Shown here one piece after another: positions 1-11,800 of a stretch of DNA of 64,000 bases. Where the stretch lies: positions 1,660 to 65,659 of the forward strand of contig JAZDHG010000098.1 in NCBI GenBank assembly GCA_043806135.1, given 5' to 3'. The translations under genes were made by a program, and so were the position numbers. Source of the stretch: Candidatus Omnitrophota bacterium (GTDB lineage: Bacteria; Omnitrophota; Gorgyraeia; B26-G9). The notes beneath the pieces are model-generated. The model was given only the letters and a program-made list of their open reading frames with translations, made no database searches and was not told where the DNA came from. How positions within the stretch are numbered: the first letter of the stretch is position 1; every line of letters begins with the position of its first letter.

Positions 1-8
1 TTACCGGA

Positions 9-1172
9 TTGATTATTTTTGACGGCCCGGCCTGGATCCTGGCATTGGGAGGAGATGGAGAGTCTCTGGAGAGAACACAAAGAACGCATGTGACGACTTT
101 GTTTGAAAAAGGACAGATTGCGGGATTATTTGATACGGAAGACTATTTAAGGCAGAGTTATGCCGATGGAAACGATTCGATTGATATCCTTGCCCAAATG
201 GATGAATACTCTAAGCGCTTTAGCAGTGAAGTATCAAAAAATTTATTCAGGCGGCATAAACAGGTATCTCTTGATCATGATATGCAGAGTGTAATCAAGA
301 AATACGGACCATGGGACTATGCGGATTTACTCAGAACTGATGAAAGGATCGAGCCAACAACTCTGCGTTATGAAAAACGGGAAGAATATTTATCCAGATA
401 TTACCTGTCGGCATTAGTTGTGGACAGTACTCAAAGCATGCGGAACAATGTGCAGACAAAGGAGATATTAAGAGAGGATATTACCTGGTCAGAGCGCGAG
501 CAATTACTGCGAAAGCTCAATTATGCTACAGAAGGGCTGTCATATGTAGTTTATCGTTCAAAAATAAAAAATTTCTCAAATATGTTTCTTGAGATGCTTC
601 GAAAAGGGGAGACGTCATCAAAGGAGCTGAGTGGTCTGTTTTTCAGCGATGATTTTTCCATAGAACTGCGGTTAGCTGCAGTACAGGCTATATACAGAAA
701 CTTCCATTTTATCAATGGCGGGGAGAAGCTAACTCGAGAAATAGGCAGTAAGCTTATGGACATGATGCAGGACAAACAAAACAACGTGTTCCTGGTTGCA
801 GAAATAGCAAAAACTGTGGGCATTATCGGCTTTGAAGATGCTATTGATTTATTGCATGATTTTCTTGAAAATCCTAAGGCTTATGGTGACTGGCCGTTCT
901 TTAATCTTTATTTTTATCCTTATGCAAAAAGAAGGATAATAGATACCGCTGAGCGGTCTTTGCGGATGCTTATTGAAAAAGTATTAGCCCGTGATGGAGC
1001 ACAAAAGGCCTGGGTAATTTTCAATAAAGTCAACGGTACGCATCCTCTGTTTAAGGATCTGGGTGATAGGATCAGTTTGAAATTGGATACGGACAGGATC
1101 AATGCGGCATTAGGTAAAACGGATTTTCCGCAAATGCACTTTGCTTTTGAGGTCATTACTCAGGCGATATAA
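9..1172 (+). CDS. Helical/HEAT-like repeat protein with QAI C-terminal tail, probably 5'-truncated by the window edge
   Basis: Frame is open back to position 3 (acc gga ttg). HEAT-like segments (LRLAAVQAI, VAEIAKTVGIIGFEDAIDLLHDFL). Ends VITQAI-stop. Confidence 0.7.
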   Translation: MIIFDGPAWILALGGDGESLERTQRTHVTTLFEKGQIAGLFDTEDYLRQSYADGNDSIDILAQMDEYSKRFSSEVSKNLFRRHKQVSLDHDMQSVIKKYGPWDYADLLRTDERIEPTTLRYEKREEYLSRYYLSALVVDSTQSMRNNVQTKEILREDITWSEREQLLRKLNYATEGLSYVVYRSKIKNFSNMFLEMLRKGETSSKELSGLFFSDDFSIELRLAAVQAIYRNFHFINGGEKLTREIGSKLMDMMQDKQNNVFLVAEIAKTVGIIGFEDAIDLLHDFLENPKAYGDWPFFNLYFYPYAKRRIIDTAERSLRMLIEKVLARDGAQKAWVIFNKVNGTHPLFKDLGDRISLKLDTDRINAALGKTDFPQMHFAFEVITQAI

Positions 1173-1301
1173 AGCATCAAGTTAAAAGTTAAAAGTAAAA
1201 AGTAGGGGAAGCAGTATTGGCTAATAGTCAATGGCCGATAGTCGGGTAAAACAAAAAGCATATCAACAGGCTAACGCGTCAACGCACTAACTCTTAAAAG
1301 C

Positions 1302-2441
1302 ATGAAAAAAATAAACAGAATAATCGCATTTGTTTTACTGCAGATATTTTTAATTTCCTGCTCTGCTGCAGGAACGCAGAGAGTATCAGCGCCTGATGAA
1401 TTCGCAATAAGAGACAGTCTTTCTCCCGCTTTAAATCTGAATTCCTCTTATTTGGTAAACGTTTTCCATTACTGGGCGTATCTTAAAAACGTGAATGACG
1501 AGAATATCCAATTTGAACTTACGCGTGGTTTATTAGACAAAACGGGAAAACAGGCCGCAGTTGATAATTCCATAACAAAAGAAAAAGGTGATCCTTCCCG
1601 TGTTTATAATCTTAAAGCGGCATTGGAAGAGCATAAAACAAGTATTTTAATTTTAGTAGAAAAAGGCATGCTGTTTGAAGCATCAGCTAAGTTTCGGATG
1701 ATGAAAGGCCGTGGAGTTGATTTGGATGAGGAACAGGTTGAGCTGCTTAGGGCGCTCAAAAAAACCGGAGATTTTGTTTTTCAGGCCAGAGAATATAAAG
1801 AAGCGCTCAGGTATTATCAGGAGATCATTGATATTGCTCCGCATGAAACAGACATTTATTTTTATATAGGAGCAGCTATGTATATGCGGGGGAATATGGA
1901 CATTGCGCAGGTTAATTTTGAAAAAGCTGTAAAAAAACAGCCGCAGATGCCTATGTTTGTTCTTGTAACCCTGATGTTTGAGGCAAAGAAGCTGGGAGAA
2001 CGCATTTTAGAGCTTACAGATAAGAATAATTTGCAGGTGAAAAAAACACCCGGTAGTTTATTCGATACCTTAAAAAAGTATGATAAATTAATAGGGCATG
2101 TAGAGTACATATTTAAAAACCGGGCTGAAGAAATAGAAACTTTTGTTCTCAATGATGTAAACGGAATGATTATTGACAGCATTTTTGCTGATTTCATCGG
2201 TTATCTGAATAGCTTTGAGAGAAGTTTGCAGGATAGAGAAATACTAGAAATGAACGATATTCTCAAAACTCCTGAGCTTTTCTGGTGGTTGGAAAAGTTG
2301 ACTAAAGGCAAGGTTGTTCCGCTTATACGACCGGTCCGGAGCGGGGAATTTTTAAAATTGGAAAAAGATTTTTTAAAAATAGCAACGATTCTTTCTTTTT
2401 CGGATAAAAAGATGCTTGAATTTGCCGGCCAAGCAATATAA
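1302..2441 (+). CDS. Leader-bearing TPR protein of the AI-tail family
   Basis: N-terminus RIIAFVLLQIFLISCSAAG..DSLSP; TPR pair (EYKEALRYYQEIIDIAP, YFYIGAAMYMRGNMDIAQVNFEKAV); ends FAGQAI. Confidence 0.8.
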   Translation: MKKINRIIAFVLLQIFLISCSAAGTQRVSAPDEFAIRDSLSPALNLNSSYLVNVFHYWAYLKNVNDENIQFELTRGLLDKTGKQAAVDNSITKEKGDPSRVYNLKAALEEHKTSILILVEKGMLFEASAKFRMMKGRGVDLDEEQVELLRALKKTGDFVFQAREYKEALRYYQEIIDIAPHETDIYFYIGAAMYMRGNMDIAQVNFEKAVKKQPQMPMFVLVTLMFEAKKLGERILELTDKNNLQVKKTPGSLFDTLKKYDKLIGHVEYIFKNRAEEIETFVLNDVNGMIIDSIFADFIGYLNSFERSLQDREILEMNDILKTPELFWWLEKLTKGKVVPLIRPVRSGEFLKLEKDFLKIATILSFSDKKMLEFAGQAI

Positions 2442-2617
2442 AATTCAGCTTTAATTTGCCAAAAATCAGTTGAATTTATGCTGTTTTTAAACGGCTTAAA
2501 GCAGGTAAAAATAGGCAAATTTTGACAATAATTTTAAATCTAGAAAAAAAAGTATTTTATGATGTTGCATCTTGTTTATTTTCAATCATTTATGATATAA
2601 AAAATTTTAAAATAATG

Positions 2618-2646
2618 TTGATATCCTTAACTTTCTATGGTATACT
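2618..2646 (+). promoter_or_regulatory. Sigma70-type promoter of the giant gene
   Basis: TTGATA-17 nt-TATACT with TG extended -10; the CTATGGTATACTT core recurs at three other sites. Confidence 0.7.
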
Positions 2647-2744
2647 TAAAATGTCTTAAAGAAGTGCTAATGGCTTGTAGATGTTGTTGTAAACACAGTA
2701 AGTTAGAAAAATTAGAAAAACAATTTAATCTGAACAAATTGGAT

Positions 2745-2790
2745 GGGTGGGTGGGGTGAAAGTGTAAAATCGCTTTCACCTGGCCCGCTT
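2745..2790 (+). other. Leader stem-loop upstream of the giant gene
   Basis: GGTGAAAG..CTTTCACC core, extendable with G-C and G-U pairs, followed by T-rich sequence. Confidence 0.5.
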
Positions 2791-2893
2791 TGTATATTTA
2801 GGAACTGGACGCAAAAGTTTCACTACACCTAAAAGTGTCAATCCTAAGTAGGGGCTAAGGACGAACACTTAATATAAATAAATTCGAAATCAG

Positions 2894-5800
2894 GTGATCA
2901 AAATGTTTAACGCTGGCAAAAAATATAATCTGGCTTTCAGAATAATATCGGCGTTCATTATCCAATCGTTTCTGATTATGGATATTGCTTTTGCTGCCGG
3001 CGGCGACCTGAGATGGATAAAGAAACCTCAAGTTCCCCAATCAAACCTGGCCCCGACTTTCAACATGGAAAAGGGCGCTTTCCGTACAAGATTTGACCTA
3101 ATCGTTTCTCTGATGAACGCTTTTAAAAATAAAGATGAATTGAACTTAGAGCAAATGCGTTCTATGGGAATTAAGTATTTTACAGATTCTATTCTTCAGC
3201 TAAGAGGAGAAAATGAAGTCCTCTATATTTATGAATCCGACAGCAAGGATATCCCGGCTTTTCTTCAAAAATCAGATAATAAGGTCCGCTTTAACGGGTA
3301 TGTGATCGCTGCGGTAACACTTAGCGAACTGGAAAGAGCGGAAAAACCTGCTTTTGACATAAGTAAAGAGGAGTTTAAAAAACAGGGGCTTTTTCCCCGT
3401 CTTAGAATAAAAGTCGAAGAGTACCAGCGAAGAAAACAGTTCATAGATACTTCTGGTCATTATAAGCTTGCTGCTTCTCTTTTAAATGAAGCAATTGATC
3501 TCCCGGAAATGGTCGAAGAACTGCTTTCCAACACCGGAAACCTTAAAAAACTTTATGCTGTTCTTGGTAAAGCCAAAAAGAAATATAATCTGGAAAAAGA
3601 AATTAACTCAAGCCAGCGGCTTTTCATAATAAATGCTTTGCGTGATTTTGATTTTATGCCAAAGGAAACTATCGATGAGCTGAAATGGCGTGCTGAGCAG
3701 GAAGGAATTAATGTAAAGCAACTTGAGCGTCTGAGTCTTGCCAAACTCCGTGTTGAAGGGGCAGCTCAGGCAATTAAAACACAAAGGCCGATCAATGTAT
3801 TTGAGGCTATCAAAGATATTACTTCGCTTGAAAAAGAAATGCTTGATCTTACGGACGAACAGCTTAAAGGGAAAACCGCAGAGTTAAGAGACAGGCTTTA
3901 TGGAAAAGGAAACTTTTCCGGCAAACAGGAAAATTGGGAAGATGTTTTGCCTGAAGCGGCGGCGGTTTTCCGCGAGGCGCTAAGGAGAAAACATCCTGAT
4001 CATCCGCTGCTTTATGATGTTCAGATGATCGCGGGTATTGTCGTTTCTTTCGGCGGCAAGCTCTTACAGCAGTCAACAGGTGAAGGTAAAACATTTACCA
4101 CTGCACTTGGCGCATACTTGCTTTCACTGCGTGATGAAATAAAAACAGGCGTGCATTGCGCAACTGTAAACAACTATTTGGCGCAAAGAGATGCTGAAGA
4201 GGTGGGCAACGTTTTTCAAGCACTGGGCATGAGCGTTAGTGCCTTAGGGGAAGATCATAAAGGTATAAAAATTGTAAACGGCCGCGCAGAAGACACCGAT
4301 CGCAGGAGTGCTTATGAAAGCGACATTGTTTACGGCACAGCTCATGGCTACGGATTTGATTATCTGCAGGATCATCTCAGTACAAGAGTCGGGACAAAGG
4401 TTCAGAAAGGGTTTTTCGCTTCTGTAATTGATGAAGCTGATGAGATCCTGGTTGAAGAAGCTAATACGCCGTTGGTTATGTCCGGCGCTGCTGAAGAAAT
4501 GCCGGAAAAAGAAAGAAATATAAATTACCAGATAGACAATCTCATCAGAAGCTTAATGACCCGTAATGAAAATCAGAAGTATTTCAAGATAAAGCTGGAT
4601 GGAGGAGACAGCCGCAGCGTTACATTTACTGAAGCGGGTTATGATTATATTTACGGCATACTTTCCGGCATGAGTGAAGAGGAATTAAACGACCCGAACC
4701 GGTCTTTTAATGAAGAGCTCGATAGTGAATGGGCATATTTGCGCGCCATTGCGGATAATGCCTTAAAAGTACATCACCTTTATGTTAAAGACACTAAGAG
4801 CGATGAGGCTATTGCAATCGAAGAAGGTAAAATTCGTTACGCGGTTGCAAACGGAGAAGTGTTAACTGTTGCCACAGGCCGAACCCAGGAAGGCCGGCGC
4901 TTTAAAGACGGAATTCACCAGGCATTAGAAGCAAAAGAGCATAATGAAGAAGTACTGGCAGGAATAACTCCGACCATTGAGGTAAGACAAGACCCGGAAA
5001 CAGTTGCCAGTATTTCATTACAGAGTTTTTTTAAAAATTATCTCATCCTTTCCGGGTTAACCGGAACTACCCAGGGTATTGAACAAGAAGTAGCGGAGAC
5101 TTACGATCTTGATACCTTGAATATTCCTACGAATAAGCCGAGCATTCGCCAAGATCTGCCGGATGTCATTTTCAAAACAAAAGAGCAGAAAGATGCGGCA
5201 GTAGCTGCGGATGTCATTAACGAGCATGAAAATGCTACCCCTGTTCTTATTGGAACCGGCGGTGTAAATGAATCTGCGGAAATGGCTCTAAAAATTCAAC
5301 AGGCATTTCCGCGGGCAGTGGGAACAGAAATCATTGATTCAAAAGAGGCTTTGATCAGCCTGGCAGCCAGGATTTTAAACCGCGAAGTTAATGAAAATAA
5401 TCTTTTTAAAGCACTGGAAGAGATCAAAACAAAGGGTGATTTCGGCAAAGAAACTCCCATATTTGTTTTAAATGATACCACTAAGCACCTCGAAAAAGAA
5501 ATAGTGCTGCTGTCCGGATTAAAGGGGTCGATAACTGTGGCTACGGATATGGCCGGCCGCGGTACAGATTTTAAACTGGTTGATTTTGCCAGGATGGTGC
5601 AGGGTTTGTATGTAATAGGTACTGAATATCCGGAAAGCCTGCGTACGGAATACCAGCTGCGCGGCCGAAGCGCCCGGCAGGGACAGCCGGGAAGAACGCG
5701 TTTTTATATAAGCCTTGAAGACAAACTTTTCACCGGTCTTGGCGCAGATATTCCTAAGAAGCTTGCAGATGCAATTAAAAATTCCGGGTCTGAGATATCC

Positions 5801-8800
5801 GGAAAGATAAAGTTGAGCATTACTGTCTTGCGCGGAAAACGCCTGAGTAATGCTTTTAAACAAAGACAGGAATTAAGTAAGGATGACGCGACCCTTAATG
5901 TTTATAGAAAGGTTATTTATAATTTGGTTGATAACCTTATCGATGAGGAACAACCTGTAGACATAGCATCAATTTTATTTTCTTTATATGGAGATAAGAT
6001 CAGCGCGCAGACCTTAGAGATGCAGAAGTCAGCGCTTCTTGAAAAGATGAGCGAGGACGATGTTAAAGCGATCATTGTTGATCTGCTTACCACGCACTGG
6101 ACATATTTTATTAACGGCCTTGAAACAATAAGTAAAACCCGCGGTTTATCAGATCAGCTTTCCGGAAAAGATGAAAAAGTCAACCGCGCTTTATATGAGA
6201 AGAAAACATCTGAGATATTCGATGAGATGCTATCAGACCTGAAGGAAAATGTATTTGCGGCATTGTTGATGCCGTTCATGTCGGAAAACGACAGGGCTGC
6301 TCTTAACAGCGAAGCAGAAGAGACTATAGCACTTGAAAAAGAAGGAGCAAGTATTTTTGATAAACTTGATCCTGAGGAGATAGCGCAAAGGATCAAAAAA
6401 GGGCTGAACATCACAGTAAAAGAAAAGGTGCCGAGTATTGCCGAGCGGTTCAGTAAATGGGTTTTTGGTGAGGAACGCGGAACTACAGCCTTATTAAGTT
6501 CTGTGCTTGCCAAAGGATTTTATGCGTTTATTACAATAGCAGGAATTTTTGGCGGGGTAATTACTCCTGCTAAAACTGAAGCTTCGATTATACCTTCTGA
6601 TGAAGGGTTAACTGTAAAAGTACAGGAAACAAAAGCAGAATTTTCCTTGAATGATAAGAGAAAAACACAGATACTGGCGGAAATTTCTTTTGCGAAGATA
6701 GCTCAGCTTGTCGACTTAAAACTTCGGTCTTCTGAGTTTCAGGAAAAATATACCGGCCGTCCAAAAGAGCAGTTACAAAGCCTGGCTTACGATGAAGTTA
6801 TCCGCGATATTATCAAAAAGTCAGAACTTGGCCAGGATGTGCTGGCTTCATTAAATGATATAAAGGAAGTTGAGCTTGAATCTATTCCTGTTGTGCAGAG
6901 AGCACAATCAGATGTTTTATCCGGTATTGTGGCTGATACGACGTTACAACAGGTTGTAAAAAAATTCCGTATTCCGGTAAAGACACCCTACCGAACAAAT
7001 CTAATGAGCGAGTTCGAAGCAATCCGTGACCAAGGACGGCGAATACATCAAGGTTTTGATTTCCTTGTACAGGCAGGTACGGATATCTATCCGGCAATGC
7101 CGGGAAAAGTAATTTTTTCAGGAGCACTTAACGGTTACGGGAACATGGTGCTGTTGGAGCATGAAGTTGCGGACAGCACAACAGGACTAGTAAATTATTT
7201 TTACACTCTATACGGGCATAATGAGTCGAATCTGGTTAAGGCCGGGGACTATATCGGAGTTGATACTGTGATCGCTAAAGCAGGAGTTACAGGCAACGCG
7301 TCATCAGCTACCGGCGGCTGCCTGCATTTTGAAATCAAACAAACCACGCAAAAAGTCACCAACTATGCTAAATACCTGAATTTGGCAGCTCTTGATCCAG
7401 AGGTTGTGTTAGGGAAAAATTTATATTTGCCTGCCGATATTAACAAACGCGAGCCGATTCTTGTTGCATCAGCAGATCCAAACATGCCTTTGTTCGCAGC
7501 GGATAGGCGGGAAAAGACAAAACAGCCAAAACCTGTTGAAGCGCGAACTCAGACAAGAAGTATTATCGGAGGCCAGATCAGGCATGAGGTAGCACCAGGG
7601 CAAACGCTTAGCATGATCGCTGAAAAATTCTTTGTTAACGGTACTTCCGGGGAAAAAATCAGAGAATTTTATAATAAACAGCATCCGGAAGCTCCTATGA
7701 AAAATTTGATGCTCCTTACCGGAAAGACACTTGTCCTGGATATAGACGAGGAGATAGCATCTTTATTAAGGCCGGAAGATAAAGACATATCAATACAAAG
7801 ACCTGATTCGGAGTTTTCTAATATAACAGAAAATATTCGAATAAGAGAGCAGGGAATAGAGGGGATAGTCAACTTGCCAGTGCGCCTTAAGGGTGGAAAA
7901 ACATCCTTTGAATTTGATGAACGCACGAAGTTTATGGCTTTGCGCGGTGAAAATAAAGACAAAAAAAATCCGGGAGTTGATTTTGTCTTAAAAGAAGAAA
8001 CGCCTGTATATGCTGCAGCTCCAGGAGAGGTTTTCTTTGTAGGTAAAGCAGAAGCATACGGCAATCTTGTTATTATTCATCATACTGTTAAGGATCAAAG
8101 GGAAAATATAAATCATTTTTACTCTCTGTATGCGCACAATAAGAGCAATAATGTAAAAGTAGGACAGTTGGTAGATGCGACAACTCAGATTTCTGTTGCC
8201 GGCAAAACAGGCAAACCGCCAATAAGTGATGCAGATGCTGTGCTTCATTTTGAAATCAGGCGCGGGATAGAAAAACTTGAAAATCATCAGGAATATCTAC
8301 ATGATGCTTCCTACAGTGCTCTTTATCCCGGAATTGCTCTGAAAACTCAGGTGTTAAATCCTGAATTGTTTTTCAATAAGACATTTGACTCAGGCCTTAA
8401 AGCAGGAAGGCTGATTGTTCCACAAAATGAATATAAGCCTTTATCTGCTCGAAATATTGAGCAAGATAAAGTAATATCCCGTCAGGATCTTGAGTATAGA
8501 ATTGCCCAAAGTATGAGAAATAGAAATTTAAACATTATCCCTGAAGGATTGATGAACGCGATTGTATATCAGCAGCTGGCTAAGGAGTTTGGAGTTGAGT
8601 TTTATCAGCCTGAGGCGGGTCTAAAGGGTGATGATTATTTTGAAAAACTTATGAAGGCGGTTCGTGCAAAGCATGGAGAAGATGTTCTTATTGTTGAAGG
8701 GCATTTTAATTCAGTACCAGAAATGATGTTCTTTTTTAAAGAAAACGGGATTCAATATATCTCTAAAGTTAAGCACGGTGAAGTAAAACAAAAAAAACAT

Positions 8801-11800
8801 GAATACCCAGATGTATCTGCAATGATTAAAGAATATGCTGTTGTTGCTGAATTCGGGTCTGCAGAATTGTTTTGCTCCTTACAACAGGAAGATTACCAGC
8901 GATATAAAATGGAATTCAAGAAAATGCTACAGCTGTATATCGATAATCATCCTGAGTGTAAAGGGAAGAAGATTGTTTTTATCCCCGGGCATGGAGGAGC
9001 AAATTATAAGACATCCTATTATATAGGGCCACAAGGACATTCTACAGGAGCTAATATTTCCAGATCAATTGTTAAAAGTACATTAGCTGAATATGATAAA
9101 TATACGCAGGATCTGCTGACTGCGGCTTTGGAAAAGGAGCATCAATTACCAAAGGTTGTGCAAGAAATAACTAGAACTGAGTTAGCGGTTATGGATTCAA
9201 GGTTAGAGCCTGTTGCAGGACAGGAAGGTATTGTAATTAGGGATTTAGCGCCAATTCCGGTTATATCAAAAGAAAAGGTTATTACTCCTAACGAAAAAAT
9301 AATCAAGCAGCCGGTTGCGCCGAAAACTCCGGAACCTACAGCAGGTGAATTCCAAAAGAAAAAATGGGAATATACAGTTAAACACGGTGATACATTGTCT
9401 GGAATTGCAAAAAAGTTGTTAGGCAGAGCTGATCTTTGGGAAAAACTTCGGGAGGATTATAACAAACAGCATCCGCAAAGACAGATACAGATAACTACTA
9501 ATGAAAATACGGGAATTATTAATGCGCTGATATATGCTGGTGAAAAATTAACTCTTGATATTGACCGGGATATTGCCGCATTGATTACGCCCCAGGCGCG
9601 GGAAAATCTGGGCATAGTTCTCAGTGCCGGCGGCCCGCCACCGTTAGCGCCTTTACCACCGCAAGAGAAACCTGAAATTACTGCGCCCCTGGCGGTCCCT
9701 GCTTATGTTGCAGCTGATGACAAGAAACAACTTGATAAAGAAAAGGTTGCTGTTCGTGCCGCAGAATTAATGGAAAAGGCGAAAAGTAAACAAGGTGAGG
9801 AGATATACTATCCGGAAAATCCTACTCCTGAGCGCAATTATGAACGCGGCATAGCCAAGGCGATCATACAGGTCATGATCAATAATAAGGACGGGGGGCA
9901 TTTTGCGGTTGCGGAAAACCCTGCTTTACAAGGTGAACTAAAAGATCTTGGTAATCTGCATTTTTATTTTCGTGATACAGGTAAAGAAATCAATGCCCGT
10001 GATAAGAGATTGTATGAACTTATTCAAAAAGATATAGCAGACAAGACAACTAAAGCAGCAGATATTGAGATATGGATCGGCAAAAAAGGAACCCCGGGTG
10101 CAAAGCCTTATATCCCTACGATAAAAGATGATCTTACTAAAAAAGAAAAACAGCTTGTATTTGATTCCTTGCTTGATATCAGTAATGTACAGCATTTACT
10201 GCATTTTTATAAATTCCCTACTCAGCTTGAAAAAAGAGACGAATTTGGCAGAGGACAGGAATTCACAAGCCCTACTGAAATCCGTGAGCATCAGGAGAAG
10301 GGATTTCCATTTGATATCTGGATTGAAAAAAGAGATACTCAGGAAAAACTCATCAGAATTTTCGGGCCTCAGAGTAAAGATTGGCAGCAATTTGTCAAAC
10401 CACCTGACCCAACAGATAAAGACCGGACATATATACAGTTTAAACCTGACTTCCTTGATTTGGTAAATAAATCCAGTGTTGTAAATAAAAAAGAATTAAT
10501 ACGGTTGTGGGAGGATTCCGAACGTACCGGTGATTATGCCTATCGCTTGCATTTTGGGTCAGTTGCGGCGAGTAAGACTCTTGAAGGTGTAAACAGTTAT
10601 GCTCTAGCTAGAGCTCTGCAGCTTGAAGTTGCCGATAAGATATTAAGCAATTTGGATATAGAAGCGCAACAGGGATTAATAAATAGGGCTAATTCTGAAG
10701 GCATTGTTTCTTTAGGTCCTAATGTTCCTGTAAAAGGAGTTGCCGGGCAGATACCGGAAAATCCAATGATGAAGAAAAGCCCTTATATAGGAGCTATTGT
10801 CGTTCAGAGAGAAGGCAACCCGGTAAAGGTAAATACATATTTTCAAAGCGAAAACCTTAATCAGAACTATGCTGAAGAACTGAAATTACCTAGGTTGGAA
10901 AAGACAGGTTTTGATATTGTTTACTATTTTTACAAGGATTCTCAAGGTAACATACAGCATAGGCGGATGCATTTCTTATCTTATAACCGTCAGGGAAAGC
11001 TGGTGGAGGTTAATGCCCGCTCTGCTCACGATATTATAGTTCTAGAAACTGACAAAAAGGCAGAGGAAAACGGGGATTGGTCAAAAAGCGATGTTCTATG
11101 GTTTGGCAAGAACGCAACCAATAAAGAAATCCTTAATGTATCTATCGGCACCCTGATGCATCAGATCGCTGTTGAAAACGCGCATAAGACCGCTAAACAG
11201 TTAAAGCGAAGGATGGTTTTTGAAGCCGTACTTCTTCCGATCAATGTTCTCGGCGGGTACGGGGTAGGCGGTATTGTATCAAAGTTGTCACAGCCATGGG
11301 CGCAGGCAGGGATACGTTTAATATATGATATGCTTTTTACTGCCTGGGAACTGCCGACAGGCGCGAAGATGCAAGGCCCGCCCAGTAAGGATACGGTTGA
11401 GACCTTTATTTCAAGTTATTTGTTCTTTACACAAGGCCCCGGAAAAAACAGGGAACAAAAAGGGCTGGAATTTATCACGACAGAAGATAAAAGCGGAAAT
11501 TTAACTATTACTGATGAAGAGTTTCGTACTTATGTTGAAAACCAGAAAAAAGATACAAAATCACCTCTTAACCTCTGGCTTACTATGGCCATGGATGATG
11601 AGGCCAGTAAAGGGTTTGTTAAATATGTGCAAGGGCAGAGAAAATTTGCTATTGCCATGTTCAGTATCGGGATTCTGGATAACCTGGCGCGTTTAAATAC
11701 AGAAAGCTATAATACACCGGGTAATGCGTTCAAAGATATTCTTGCCAGCCGGTATTTCAGTTTAACCGGAGAAGTAAATGTGTTGGCAGTAATCGGCGCG

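Noticed and set aside
2800-2860. GGACGCAAAAG resembling part of a c-di-GMP-I (GEMM) riboswitch
   Set aside because: The upstream GGCAAA-stem-GAAA element and the second stem could not be built, so the short match is insufficient.
3800-6270. Calling the giant ORF the housekeeping secA
   Set aside because: The domain is under a tenth of the protein, is divergent and is fused to unrelated domains, so no gene symbol was given.
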